Assembly: GCA_022775905.1 (NCBI GenBank)
Contig: JALFJX010000037.1
Span: 83-64,082 of the forward strand
DNA from: Methanobrevibacter sp.
GTDB lineage: Archaea; Methanobacteriota; Methanobacteria; Methanobacteriales; Methanobacteriaceae
Direction of reading: 5' to 3'
DNA length: 64,000 bases
The notes beneath the pieces were generated by a model, which saw only the letters and a program-made list of their open reading frames with translations, searched no databases and had not been told where the DNA came from. The position numbers were made by a program, and so were the translations under genes. This document shows, piece after piece, positions 47,409-57,674 of this stretch; positions within the stretch are counted from its first letter, which is position 1; every line of letters starts with the position of its first letter.

Positions 47409-49622
47409 ATGGTAAATAATTATATATGGCTTTTTGGTGAAAATTTAGGTAAAACCGCTGATAATAATTCTTTTTACTTATGGAAAAAAGTGGTAAACAT
47501 TAATGATGATGTTGAAAAATATATTATTTTTGAGCGAAATAAAAATACGTTAGAAACCTATGTTAATCTCACAGAGTATGAAAAAAAATATGTATTATGG
47601 CGTAATTCCTATAAACATTTTAAAAAATTCTTTGATGCTGATTTATTTATAGTTACATTATCCTATAAAGATGTATTTCCAGATAAAATATTATTTCAAA
47701 AATTAAATTTAAAAAACAAAAAACCAATTTTTTATTTAGGTCATGGCTCTGTAGGTATTAAAACTATAGGGTATAAAGGTGACTCTTATAATAATAATAT
47801 GTTTAGACTGTTTTTGTATAATAATTATGTGCATGATATTTTTGCTAAATATAATAATTTTAGAAAATATCAATTACCTAATTTCTGTTTTCAATCTAGA
47901 TTTGGTGAATTAGTACGTAGAAATCAACAAATTAAAAATAAAAAACAAATTTTATGGTTTATAACCTGGAGAGAATATTTTGGAGATAATGCTGATACTA
48001 GATTATTTATAAGACATATTTCTAATGTTTTAGAATCACATAAGTTAAAAAAATTTTTAATTGATGAAAATGTTACTTTAAAGTTATGTGTTCATCAGTT
48101 TTTTGATAATGAGATTTTTGAAGAAATACATAACACCATAGAAAAAGGCATTATTGAAATTGTTAAATCATCCGAAATTAATGTAATGAATGAATTAGTA
48201 AGTAGTGAACTTTTGATTAGTGATTATTCTTCTGTTGTTTATGATTTTACATTTTTAAATAAACCTGTGTTATTATTTCAACCAGATATTGAAACATATA
48301 TGAAAAAGAGAGATTTTTATTGTAATCTTGAAGAACTTAATGAGATTAATAGTAAAATTTCTTCTGAATTAATTGAAAAAATCATTAATAAAAATTATAA
48401 AATAAATGAATTTTTTAGAAAGACTTATCCTGAAAAAATAGATTATGAGTACATAAAACAGGACAATCATAATATTGATATTTATAATTATATTTATTCT
48501 CTTCAAAAGAATAAAATTACAATCATTGGAACTGATTTCTTTGAAAATTCTTATGAAAATGATGTTATTTTAAGATATGCTGAAAGTTTATTGAAACAAA
48601 ATTATCTTGTTTCATTATTATCTTTAACTAAATCAAAATCAAAGAAAAACATGCCATTTGGTTTAAATATTAATTATTTACATTGGAATAAGTCCCATCC
48701 TTTAAAAAGGAAATTAATAAATTCCATTTTCAAATCTGATAAATACTTCAGTTATCTAAATCATGAACAAGATAAAAATAATCTACATCCATATATGGGG
48801 TATAAATTATCTGAAGTGCTTAAAAATTTAAGATCGAATACTGTAATTTCTACAAGGGAATCATTACATTTATTTTTAAATGATGTTGATTCTGATGAGA
48901 TAAACAATAAAATATACTTATTCCCACATGATTCTAATCAAATTGATAAAATGTTTCCATATATTGCAGAAAAACTTGAAAAACTAGATATCCAAGATAC
49001 AATATTCTTTGATAAATCCACTCAAGATGACATACATGGAAAATTGAAGTATTCTAATTGTAATTCAGAAATATTGAATACATTATTGATTCCTGGAGAC
49101 TATCCTACAATTGAAGAATTAACTGAAACTTTTGAGAACAATGAAAATAAATTAGCAAAATCTGTATTTCAGGGCATTTCATTTGTTATTGACAAAGCAA
49201 GTATAATTAATCTTATGGAATTTGGATGTTATTTGAAAGAAAACAATATCAAAAACATAATGATTGATGCTCATGTAAAATCAGAAGATTTTGAAGAATT
49301 CATGAAATTAATTAATGATAATCAGTTATATGGAATAATTACCTGCAGAGATTGGACCGAAGACTATGTAAAAAGCATTACGAATAAAGATTTTACTTTA
49401 GATATGTCTAATAATAATTCAAATATTTATAATGTTAGTTCAATATTGAATGGAAAAAAGGTATTTTACAATACTAAAAATAATGATTCCATTATAAATA
49501 GTATTCCAGAGTCTTATATTGAATCTCATAGCTGGTTATATGAAAAAATTAACTCTTTAAATGAATTATCATATGATGAATTGATAAATAGCTATTTATT
49601 AATAACAGAACAAGATAAATGA
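47409..49622 (+). CDS. paralogue of 45119 gene: TagF-type domain plus degenerate GT4-like domain
   Basis: 737 aa with the same N-terminus (NNYIWLFGENLG), LGHGSVGIK and ISDYSSVVYDFTFLNKPVLLFQPD. In the GT4-like half the Gly-rich motif reads FFENSYENDV and the FG..E motif reads SNIYNVSSILNGKKVF. Confidence 0.75.
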   Translation: MVNNYIWLFGENLGKTADNNSFYLWKKVVNINDDVEKYIIFERNKNTLETYVNLTEYEKKYVLWRNSYKHFKKFFDADLFIVTLSYKDVFPDKILFQKLNLKNKKPIFYLGHGSVGIKTIGYKGDSYNNNMFRLFLYNNYVHDIFAKYNNFRKYQLPNFCFQSRFGELVRRNQQIKNKKQILWFITWREYFGDNADTRLFIRHISNVLESHKLKKFLIDENVTLKLCVHQFFDNEIFEEIHNTIEKGIIEIVKSSEINVMNELVSSELLISDYSSVVYDFTFLNKPVLLFQPDIETYMKKRDFYCNLEELNEINSKISSELIEKIINKNYKINEFFRKTYPEKIDYEYIKQDNHNIDIYNYIYSLQKNKITIIGTDFFENSYENDVILRYAESLLKQNYLVSLLSLTKSKSKKNMPFGLNINYLHWNKSHPLKRKLINSIFKSDKYFSYLNHEQDKNNLHPYMGYKLSEVLKNLRSNTVISTRESLHLFLNDVDSDEINNKIYLFPHDSNQIDKMFPYIAEKLEKLDIQDTIFFDKSTQDDIHGKLKYSNCNSEILNTLLIPGDYPTIEELTETFENNENKLAKSVFQGISFVIDKASIINLMEFGCYLKENNIKNIMIDAHVKSEDFEEFMKLINDNQLYGIITCRDWTEDYVKSITNKDFTLDMSNNNSNIYNVSSILNGKKVFYNTKNNDSIINSIPESYIESHSWLYEKINSLNELSYDELINSYLLITEQDK

Positions 49623-49729
49623 GTTCTTCATAGCATTAACAAGTTCACATAAATATTTATCTAAATAGATAATTTTTAAATAATGCGAATAATAAATTTA
49701 ACAATTATATAAAGTATTGTGGAATTTTT

Positions 49730-52297
49730 ATGAGCGTTATGAAGAAAACTAATAATTTACAGTATGATTTTACAATTGTATTATATAATATGGAAAATTG
49801 TATTGAACATTCAATTAGGTCAATCATCAGTCAGGAATATGATTTAAGTAAAGTGGAAATACTTTTTATCAATTCAGAAGACAATATTCCTGAAATTGCT
49901 CAAAAATATAGGAAGGAATATCCTGAAAACTTCTTTATTATAGATAATTCTGATAAAACCATTAATTTAGGTTTAAAATATTCTAATGGAAAATATCTTA
50001 ACTTTTTAAATAGTGGAGATGTTTTATCCAATAATACTTTAAGTGAAATAAGTGCTTTTTTTAATAAAATAAATTCATTGGATGTTGCAGCTATTCGTGT
50101 AGAAGAAAGCAAAGGAAAATTTCCAATTGACTATGGATTTACACAGTCAAATAAAGTCATTGATATATCTCAACACCCAGAATTCATTAATTCGATTTCA
50201 GGTTCATTTTTTATAAAAAAAGAAAACATTAATATATCTGATGTAACATATATCGAGGAACTATTACTAGATTCCAAGTTGGGATTTGCAATTGATCCAA
50301 AAGTTGAGAAATTAAGCTTAAACTATATGGATAATGAAACAAGCTTTGAAAAATTCATTAATTATTATGAAAATATATCTAAGTTCTGCAGTGAAAAAGT
50401 AGGTTATATTCCAAATTATATTCAATATAAGCTTGCAATTGAACTTGCAGATATTGTTGAAATCGAAGATATTGATGATGTATTAACCAATGGTTTAACT
50501 TCCAGTGACATATATGATTATCTAAATAATGTATTTAATCATATTAATGCGAGCAATATCAAAGGAAATGTTTTCATTAACAATCATACTCAGAATTTCA
50601 TGTTATATTTAAAAAATAATGATTTTCACATTACTATTGAAGAGGATAATGAGGTCGTAGTATATTCAAAAAACCATGCATTGAATGTTTTAAACAGACA
50701 GGATATCTGGATGGACATCATTGAAGTCAAAGATGACTTTATTAATTTCTCAGGAAGCATTACCAGCTACTGTGAATATGATTTCATAGCCATTGAAGCT
50801 TTAAAGGAAATGAATAATAAAACTGAAGTATTTTCATGTGAATTTGTAGATTATAGTTCTACAGAGCGTAAAGTTAAAACATTCCTGTCAATTCCTTGGG
50901 TATATATGTATAATTTTGATGTACAGATTCCAATTTCAGACTGTCAGAACTGCAAGATATCCTTCAGATTCACTTATTCTGATGATGAAACTGAGATTAC
51001 AGTAAATCCGAATATTAAATTCAGAAGATTTGCCAGTTTATCTGCATTTAGCCATTATTTCATTAAAGATTCAAGAATTGTATTGTTTACAATGAACTCA
51101 TTTTTAATAATGCCATATTCCTTTAAAAAGGTTTTAAGATTTGAACTGAGCTCAATTAAAAAGATACTTCAAAGCAATGCAACAAATAAGATTAAAACAC
51201 TTGGCTATAAAGGAATATATTTGACTCTGTTGCCATATATGAAAAACAAGAAAATATGGCTTATGGGAGACAGGGTCGAAGCCGGCGATGACAATGCTGA
51301 ACATCTATTCAAATACTGTATTAATCAAGATGATGATGTCAACAAATATTTTATCATAGGTAAGGACTCACCAGATTATAATAGATTAAAAAAGGAATGC
51401 AAAAACATTGTTGCTTTTAGATCTGCAAAACATAAGATACTCTTTACATTTTCAGAAAAGCTAGTATCCTCACAGGTAAACAAGTTCATTTTAAATCCTT
51501 TTTTAGCTAGTAACGAGTTCTTGTATAATGGTGCAGTGCTGCACGATGAGTGTTTCATCCAGCATGGTGTAATTTTACATGACTTATCAAATTGGATTAG
51601 AAAGTACGTTTATAATCTGTCATTATTCGTTACTAGTGCTGAAGCGGAATGGGAATCAATTGCACATACAAATTATAACTTTGAAACTGATAGAATACAG
51701 CTGCTAGGTCTTCCAAGATATGATAAGCTGGTCAACAATGACAATAAACAGATACTGTTCATTCCAACATGGAGACGTAATTTAGATGACCCTCGTCTGT
51801 TAGTTGATTCAGAGTATTTTAAGAATATCAATAATGTTTTAAATAATGAAAGATTGATTGAACTTGCCCATGAATATGGATATTCATTGGTTTTCAGACC
51901 ACATCCCGAATTATGGAGATATCTTGATTTATTTGATATTCCTGATGAATTTAGAATATCTGAGGAATCCTATACAAAATTATTCAGTGAATCATCAATT
52001 ATGATTACAGACTACTCATCAATTGCATTCGATTTTGCATATCTTCAAAAACCTTTAATATACTATCAGACCCAGGACTTTGAGGAATTCCATTATGAAA
52101 AGGGATACTTTGATTATGAAACAATGGGATTCGGTGAGATTATTAAAACGGAAAATGATTTGATTGATAAAATTGAATTTTATTTGAAGCATAATTGTGA
52201 ACTTGAAGATGAATATAAACAGAGATCATCAAAGTTTTTCAAGTTCCATGATACAGACAATTCTAAAAGGATATATGAGTGGTTAATTAATCATTAG
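49730..52297 (+). CDS. GT2-like domain fused to TagF-type glycerophosphotransferase domain
   Basis: 855 aa. The C-terminal domain has FIQHGVILHD, GLPRYDKL, IPTWRRN, FRPHPEL and ITDYSSIAFDFAYLQKPLIYYQTQD. The N-terminal GT2-like fold has diverged acidic motifs (INSEDN, FLNSGD). Confidence 0.85.
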   Translation: MSVMKKTNNLQYDFTIVLYNMENCIEHSIRSIISQEYDLSKVEILFINSEDNIPEIAQKYRKEYPENFFIIDNSDKTINLGLKYSNGKYLNFLNSGDVLSNNTLSEISAFFNKINSLDVAAIRVEESKGKFPIDYGFTQSNKVIDISQHPEFINSISGSFFIKKENINISDVTYIEELLLDSKLGFAIDPKVEKLSLNYMDNETSFEKFINYYENISKFCSEKVGYIPNYIQYKLAIELADIVEIEDIDDVLTNGLTSSDIYDYLNNVFNHINASNIKGNVFINNHTQNFMLYLKNNDFHITIEEDNEVVVYSKNHALNVLNRQDIWMDIIEVKDDFINFSGSITSYCEYDFIAIEALKEMNNKTEVFSCEFVDYSSTERKVKTFLSIPWVYMYNFDVQIPISDCQNCKISFRFTYSDDETEITVNPNIKFRRFASLSAFSHYFIKDSRIVLFTMNSFLIMPYSFKKVLRFELSSIKKILQSNATNKIKTLGYKGIYLTLLPYMKNKKIWLMGDRVEAGDDNAEHLFKYCINQDDDVNKYFIIGKDSPDYNRLKKECKNIVAFRSAKHKILFTFSEKLVSSQVNKFILNPFLASNEFLYNGAVLHDECFIQHGVILHDLSNWIRKYVYNLSLFVTSAEAEWESIAHTNYNFETDRIQLLGLPRYDKLVNNDNKQILFIPTWRRNLDDPRLLVDSEYFKNINNVLNNERLIELAHEYGYSLVFRPHPELWRYLDLFDIPDEFRISEESYTKLFSESSIMITDYSSIAFDFAYLQKPLIYYQTQDFEEFHYEKGYFDYETMGFGEIIKTENDLIDKIEFYLKHNCELEDEYKQRSSKFFKFHDTDNSKRIYEWLINH

Positions 52298-52314
52298 AAG
52301 GGAGGTTAATATAT

Positions 52315-54876
52315 ATGGCTAATTTCAAGTTTACAATCATTATTCCAAACAATTCAGGATATAAAGTGTCTATTGATTCAGTAATATCCCAACAGCTTGA
52401 CTTTATTGAAAATACTCAAGTGATTGTTGTTAAAGAGAATGATGAAATTGCTTTAGATATTGATGAATATATATCCCAATATCCTGATAACATTCTAGTT
52501 TTAGATAATGGATCCAGAAATTCAGCACTAAGACATGCAAATGGAGACTTTATCAGCTTTATGAAAGCAGGTGACTCATTTGATGTCAAATGCTTAAAAC
52601 TTGTCAGTGAAATGTTCGATACAAATAAGGACATTAATTTAATTTCCGTTCCATTGTTTGATAATATTTATAAAAATCCATTATATGACTTGCCAGCATC
52701 AGACAATAGAATAATTAATGTTAATGATGAAGATGTGAACTATTATTTTCATTTACCTATCTGTTCTTCGTTTATTCGCAAAAACAACTATGAATTTGAA
52801 GACAAAGATATTGATGAAAATGGAATAAGCGTAACTTCCAGGATATTAATTGATGATGGGAAATTTGGATTTATCAAAGACATATTCTGCTATCACAATC
52901 CAGAAAATAGCAATAACATGAACTATTGCAGCGTTATGGGAAAATTAAATCTATTGAATAGCTTAATAAAATATTCAAAAGACAATCCGGAATTCCTGCA
53001 GCATATTATTGTAAAAGAATTGGAATCAATTGTTCGAATCGAGGATTTAGATTTCATTACTGTTGATTCAAATCAATTGGATGGATTTTGGAATTTGCTG
53101 TGTGAAATCTTGGATAATATTTCTAAAAAAGCCATTGAATACAATAATTTCATTGACAGTTTTGTAGCCTCATTTTTATTATTCATTAAAAATCAGTCAT
53201 TCAATATCGATTGCAGACAACATAAGGTATTTTTCAAGACAAATAACTACAATATGTTTAATTTACATAGTCATGGATTGTATTTTGATGTAGTAGAAAT
53301 AAGAAAAGGTGTACTGAATTTATCAGGTTTTCTAAAGAGCATTTGCTACAGTGAAAATATTACTGTTGAAGCATGCGTTGAAGACAAAAACGGAGATATT
53401 GCATATTATGAAGGAAAATTTGTTGAATATCCGACAACTGATCGCAGAACCGTCAAGTTTTTATCAATTCCATGGATATTCTCATACAATTTTGACTTTA
53501 AAATTCATTTAAATGGAAAAGAAATAGAAAAAATTTCATTCAGGACAATATATCATGAAAACGCAGAGTATGTAATATGGAAAAATAGAATTTCTGCCCG
53601 GAAATATTCTCATTTATCCAAATTTTCACATTATCTCATAAAAGATGATATTTTGATACTGCTTAAAGATAATTCGTTTTATTCAATGCCATTAAATTCA
53701 AAAAGCAAATATAAATTTGACTTAAGGGCAATTCTGCAATTGATTAAGGAAAAACCACAATACTACAGAGGAGGATTGTTTTATAGGACATTGATAATGC
53801 TGTTATATCCATTCTTGAAAAATAAAAAAATCTGGATGTTTATGGACAGACGTGATTTTGCAGATGACAATGGTGAACACTTATTTAAATATGCTTTAAG
53901 TCAAAAAGATGATGTTGATAAGTATTATGTATTGGATAAGGATACATCTGACTTTAAAAGATTGTCTAAAAGCTTTAAAAATGTTATTCCTTTTGGATCA
54001 TTTAAACATAGGTTATTGTTCTTATTTACTGAAAAAATGATTACATCACAGCCTGCCGTATCATTGTATAATCCTTTCTTCAATAAGAACATCACATTGT
54101 TTGCAGGTTTTTATCCTGATGTATATTTCCTGCAGCATGGGGTTACAAAAGATAACATTTCATCTTGGCTGCATAAGTTCAACAGGAATTTAGCGTTGAT
54201 TTCAACTACATCTGATTTGGAAAAGGAATCATTTTTAGATGTCGGATATAACTATGATGAGGAAATTATTCAAACATTAGGATTTACACGTTATGATAAT
54301 TTAAATAATGAAAATACTAAAAAGCAGATTGTTTTGATGCCGTCCTGGAGAAATTACATTAAAAATGAAGATGATTTGATAAATTCAGAATATTTCAAAA
54401 GATGGAATTCCCTGATAAACAATGAAGAGTTTATAGAATATGCTAAGCAAAAAGGTTATGAAATCATCTTTAAACCTCATTTGAACTTATACAAGTACAT
54501 TGATCTGTTTGATGCAAATGAATATGTTACTGTTGACCATGTTAAGAAGTATCAGGAAATATTTAATGAATCAGCATTGCTGATTACAGATTATTCATCC
54601 ATTTTCTTTGATTTTGCATATATCAAAAAACCTTTAATATTCTACCAATATGCAAATGACTACCATTTTGACTCAGAAAATGGCTATTTTGATTATGAAT
54701 CCATGGGATTTGGTGAAGTAATCAGGGATGAAGATAAAATGGTTAGTAAAATTAAGTATTATCTGGATAACAAATGTGTTATGGAAGATGAATACAAAAA
54801 AAGAGTTGATTATTTCTTCAAACACACAGATAAAAACAACTGTAAAAGAACATATGATTGGATTTATAAAAATTAA
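52315..54876 (+). CDS. GT2-like domain fused to TagF-type glycerophosphotransferase domain
   Basis: 853 aa. The C-terminal domain is very similar to the 42427 gene (ITDYSSIFFDFAYIKKPLIFYQYANDYHFDSENGYFDYESMGFG). The N-terminal GT2-like fold has diverged motifs (VVKENDE, FMKAGD). Confidence 0.85.
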   Translation: MANFKFTIIIPNNSGYKVSIDSVISQQLDFIENTQVIVVKENDEIALDIDEYISQYPDNILVLDNGSRNSALRHANGDFISFMKAGDSFDVKCLKLVSEMFDTNKDINLISVPLFDNIYKNPLYDLPASDNRIINVNDEDVNYYFHLPICSSFIRKNNYEFEDKDIDENGISVTSRILIDDGKFGFIKDIFCYHNPENSNNMNYCSVMGKLNLLNSLIKYSKDNPEFLQHIIVKELESIVRIEDLDFITVDSNQLDGFWNLLCEILDNISKKAIEYNNFIDSFVASFLLFIKNQSFNIDCRQHKVFFKTNNYNMFNLHSHGLYFDVVEIRKGVLNLSGFLKSICYSENITVEACVEDKNGDIAYYEGKFVEYPTTDRRTVKFLSIPWIFSYNFDFKIHLNGKEIEKISFRTIYHENAEYVIWKNRISARKYSHLSKFSHYLIKDDILILLKDNSFYSMPLNSKSKYKFDLRAILQLIKEKPQYYRGGLFYRTLIMLLYPFLKNKKIWMFMDRRDFADDNGEHLFKYALSQKDDVDKYYVLDKDTSDFKRLSKSFKNVIPFGSFKHRLLFLFTEKMITSQPAVSLYNPFFNKNITLFAGFYPDVYFLQHGVTKDNISSWLHKFNRNLALISTTSDLEKESFLDVGYNYDEEIIQTLGFTRYDNLNNENTKKQIVLMPSWRNYIKNEDDLINSEYFKRWNSLINNEEFIEYAKQKGYEIIFKPHLNLYKYIDLFDANEYVTVDHVKKYQEIFNESALLITDYSSIFFDFAYIKKPLIFYQYANDYHFDSENGYFDYESMGFGEVIRDEDKMVSKIKYYLDNKCVMEDEYKKRVDYFFKHTDKNNCKRTYDWIYKN

Positions 54877-55956
54877 GTGATATGGATGTATAAAATAGTT
54901 AATGGTAAAAAAAGAATATTTTATTTAGATTTTATAAGGGCATTAGCAATTATTTTGGTAATTTTAGCTCATGTAACTCGTGCTTTCTTTCAAAATGCTA
55001 ATCCTGGTGGTTTTAATATTCATTTCGTTGCACCATTTATTGATTTTGGTGTGCTTGGTGTTCCATTATTTTTAATGATAAGTGGAGCATTACTATTGAA
55101 TAGAGATTATGAGCTTGGAGATTTCTTAAAGCGCAGATATTCTAGAGTTTTAATCCCATTTCTATTTTGGGCAATGATATTTCCAATAACTAAAATGCTA
55201 TTTGCAGGAGAACCGGCAACAGCAGTTAATTTTATAAAATTATACTTTGATAATAATTACTGGTTTGTTTGGATGATTTTAGGTGTTTATTTATTTATCC
55301 CAATTATAAATTCATTCATTAAAGAATATGGTATGAAAGGTGTTGAGTATTTCTTATTAATCTGGGGAACAGTAATGTTTTTAAATAATATTGGCCAGTA
55401 CCCATTCCATCAACTTGAATTAAGTTATTTTGCAGGTTATTTAGGTTATTTTGTATTAGGTTACTATTTAACAAACAAAAAATTCAATTTGACTGATTCA
55501 AGATTACTAAAGATATCATTACTCATATTTTTAATATTCACCTTCATCAACATGGATTATACATTAACAATGTGTTTTTTAAAAAATAAGTTACTTTATT
55601 ATAAATATGAAACTATTGTTACTGTAATGCAGTCAGCAGGATTATTCATGTTCATAAGATACTTTGCTTTAGTCAGTTCCAATAATCCAAAATCAATTAA
55701 AAATAAGATTTATTTGATATTTAAGGAATCATTTATGTTTAAAGTAATCTTTTCAATAAGTACTTTTAGTTATGGTATTTATTTAGCACATTACAATCCA
55801 TTATTCTTCCTCAAATATGAATACACCATATTATTCACTCATAATCCAATTATCTGGTTACCAATAGTAATGATCATGATTATTGGAAGTACATGGATAG
55901 TATTGTGGATATTTGATAAGATACCTATTTTAAGAAAAATAACTGGTTCACATTAA
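54877..55956 (+). CDS. acyltransferase family 3 (AT3) O-acyltransferase, apparently intact
   Basis: 359 aa with about 10 TM helices. It carries YLDFIRALAIILVILAHV (conserved R/H), GVPLFLMISGALLLNR and a SYGIYLAH C-terminal motif. GTG start abuts the previous stop; ATG 54886 is an alternative. Confidence 0.85.
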   Translation: MIWMYKIVNGKKRIFYLDFIRALAIILVILAHVTRAFFQNANPGGFNIHFVAPFIDFGVLGVPLFLMISGALLLNRDYELGDFLKRRYSRVLIPFLFWAMIFPITKMLFAGEPATAVNFIKLYFDNNYWFVWMILGVYLFIPIINSFIKEYGMKGVEYFLLIWGTVMFLNNIGQYPFHQLELSYFAGYLGYFVLGYYLTNKKFNLTDSRLLKISLLIFLIFTFINMDYTLTMCFLKNKLLYYKYETIVTVMQSAGLFMFIRYFALVSSNNPKSIKNKIYLIFKESFMFKVIFSISTFSYGIYLAHYNPLFFLKYEYTILFTHNPIIWLPIVMIMIIGSTWIVLWIFDKIPILRKITGSH

Positions 55957-56165
55957 AAAATTAATGAAGATATATATCTTAATGTTTAAATTTAAGGTGA
56001 TTTTATTAAAAATAAATAATAAACTCACTGCCTTTTATTTTTAATTTAACATCAATTAAACAGTGTTTCAAATAAAATTAAATATAAATGCATAAATATA
56101 TCAAAAACAAAAATTTATTTGTAGATTAGAATTTCTCTATTCTATAAAAAATACTGGTGTTTTTA

Positions 56166-56984
56166 ATGAATAAAAAGATAGGTTTTATTTTAGCTTTAGT
56201 AGTTATATCTTTAATGATGTGTTCTACTGTAAGCGCAGGTTTATTTGATTTTATGGGAGGAAGCGATTCATCAAACGATGATAATACATTCATTGTTGGT
56301 TTTGATGCAGAATTCCCACCATATGGATATAAAGACGATAGTGGAAACTACACTGGTTTCGACTTAGACTTAGCAAAAGAAGTTTGTGAAAGAAATAATT
56401 GGACATTCAAAGCACAACCAATCGATTGGGATGCTAAAGATGCAGAATTAGACTCCGGTTCTATTGACTGTATCTGGAACGGATTCACCATGGATGGAAG
56501 AGAAGACAATTACACTTGGTCCAACCCTTACTTTGACAACAAACAAGTATTTGTTGTTAAATCCGATGCTGGAATCAGCTCTCCTGATGATTTAGCTGGT
56601 AAAATTGTTGAAACCCAAAAAGATTCCTCAGCTTTAGCTGCTCTCCAAGGAGACAACAAAACTTTAGCTGACACTTTCGGAACTTTAACCGAAGTTGCTG
56701 ATTACAACACTGCATTCATGGACTTAGAATCCGGTGCATGTGATGCAATCGCTATGGATATTGGTGTTGCAGAATACGATATTAAAAATAAAAACGCTAC
56801 TGATGATTTCCAAGTTTTAAAAGACTCAATTACCAGTGAAAAATACGGTATTGGATTCAAACAAGGAAACACTGAATTAAAAGATCAAGTACAATCTACT
56901 TTAGATGATATGTTTAAAGACGGTACTGTAGCTAAAATTGCACAAAAATATGGTATCTCTGAAGATGCTTTAATCCAACCATAA
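56166..56984 (+). CDS. polar amino acid ABC transporter substrate-binding protein
   Basis: Signal/anchor followed by family-3 SBP motifs (FIVGFDAEFPPYGY, GFDLDLAKEVC, IDWDAKDAELDSGSIDCIWNGFT). ATG 56166 is preferred to the track GTG 56157. Confidence 0.85.
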   Translation: MNKKIGFILALVVISLMMCSTVSAGLFDFMGGSDSSNDDNTFIVGFDAEFPPYGYKDDSGNYTGFDLDLAKEVCERNNWTFKAQPIDWDAKDAELDSGSIDCIWNGFTMDGREDNYTWSNPYFDNKQVFVVKSDAGISSPDDLAGKIVETQKDSSALAALQGDNKTLADTFGTLTEVADYNTAFMDLESGACDAIAMDIGVAEYDIKNKNATDDFQVLKDSITSEKYGIGFKQGNTELKDQVQSTLDDMFKDGTVAKIAQKYGISEDALIQP

Positions 56985-57014
56985 ATTAATTAGTTTGAAG
57001 GGAGAATTTGATAA

Positions 57015-57665
57015 ATGATATTAAGTAACGTAATTGAACAATTACTCGGAGGTATGATTACCTCAGTTGAGATATTTTTACTTACATTATTATTCTCTCT
57101 TCCTCTCGGTTTAGTTGTTGCCGGAGGAAGAATGAGTAATTTTGCACCAATAAGATGGTTAATGAAGATTTATATCTCTATTATGAGAGGTACACCATTG
57201 ATGTTACAATTAATTATTGTATTTTTCGCACCGTATTACATATTTGGTATAAATTTGTCTGCTGATTATAGATTTATTGCAGTTATCATTGCATTCACAA
57301 TCAATTATGCAGCGTACTTTGCTGAAATTTATAGAGGTGGAATTGAAGCTATTCCAAAAGGACAATACGAAGCGGCACAGGTACTCGGATATAATAAAAT
57401 AGAAACATTCTTTATAATCGTGTTACCGCAAGTAATTAAAATAGTTCTTCCTTCAATAACTAATGAAGTAATTACTCTTGTAAAAGATACTTCCCTCTCA
57501 TTCGTTATTGCAATTCCAGAAATGTTTACCGTTGCAAAACAGATTGCCGCAGCAGATGCATCCATTGCAGCATTGCTCGTTGCAGGTTTATTCTACTACA
57601 TATTCAACGTAATTGTTGCATTTGTAATGGAACATATAGAAAACAGATTAAGTTATTATGATTAG
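57015..57665 (+). CDS. amino acid ABC transporter permease (His/Glu/Gln/Arg/opine family)
   Basis: 216 aa with 5 TM helices and the EAA loop EIYRGGIEAIPKGQYEAAQVLGYNKIETFFIIVLPQ. Confidence 0.9.
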   Translation: MILSNVIEQLLGGMITSVEIFLLTLLFSLPLGLVVAGGRMSNFAPIRWLMKIYISIMRGTPLMLQLIIVFFAPYYIFGINLSADYRFIAVIIAFTINYAAYFAEIYRGGIEAIPKGQYEAAQVLGYNKIETFFIIVLPQVIKIVLPSITNEVITLVKDTSLSFVIAIPEMFTVAKQIAAADASIAALLVAGLFYYIFNVIVAFVMEHIENRLSYYD

Positions 57666-57674
57666 AGGGATATT

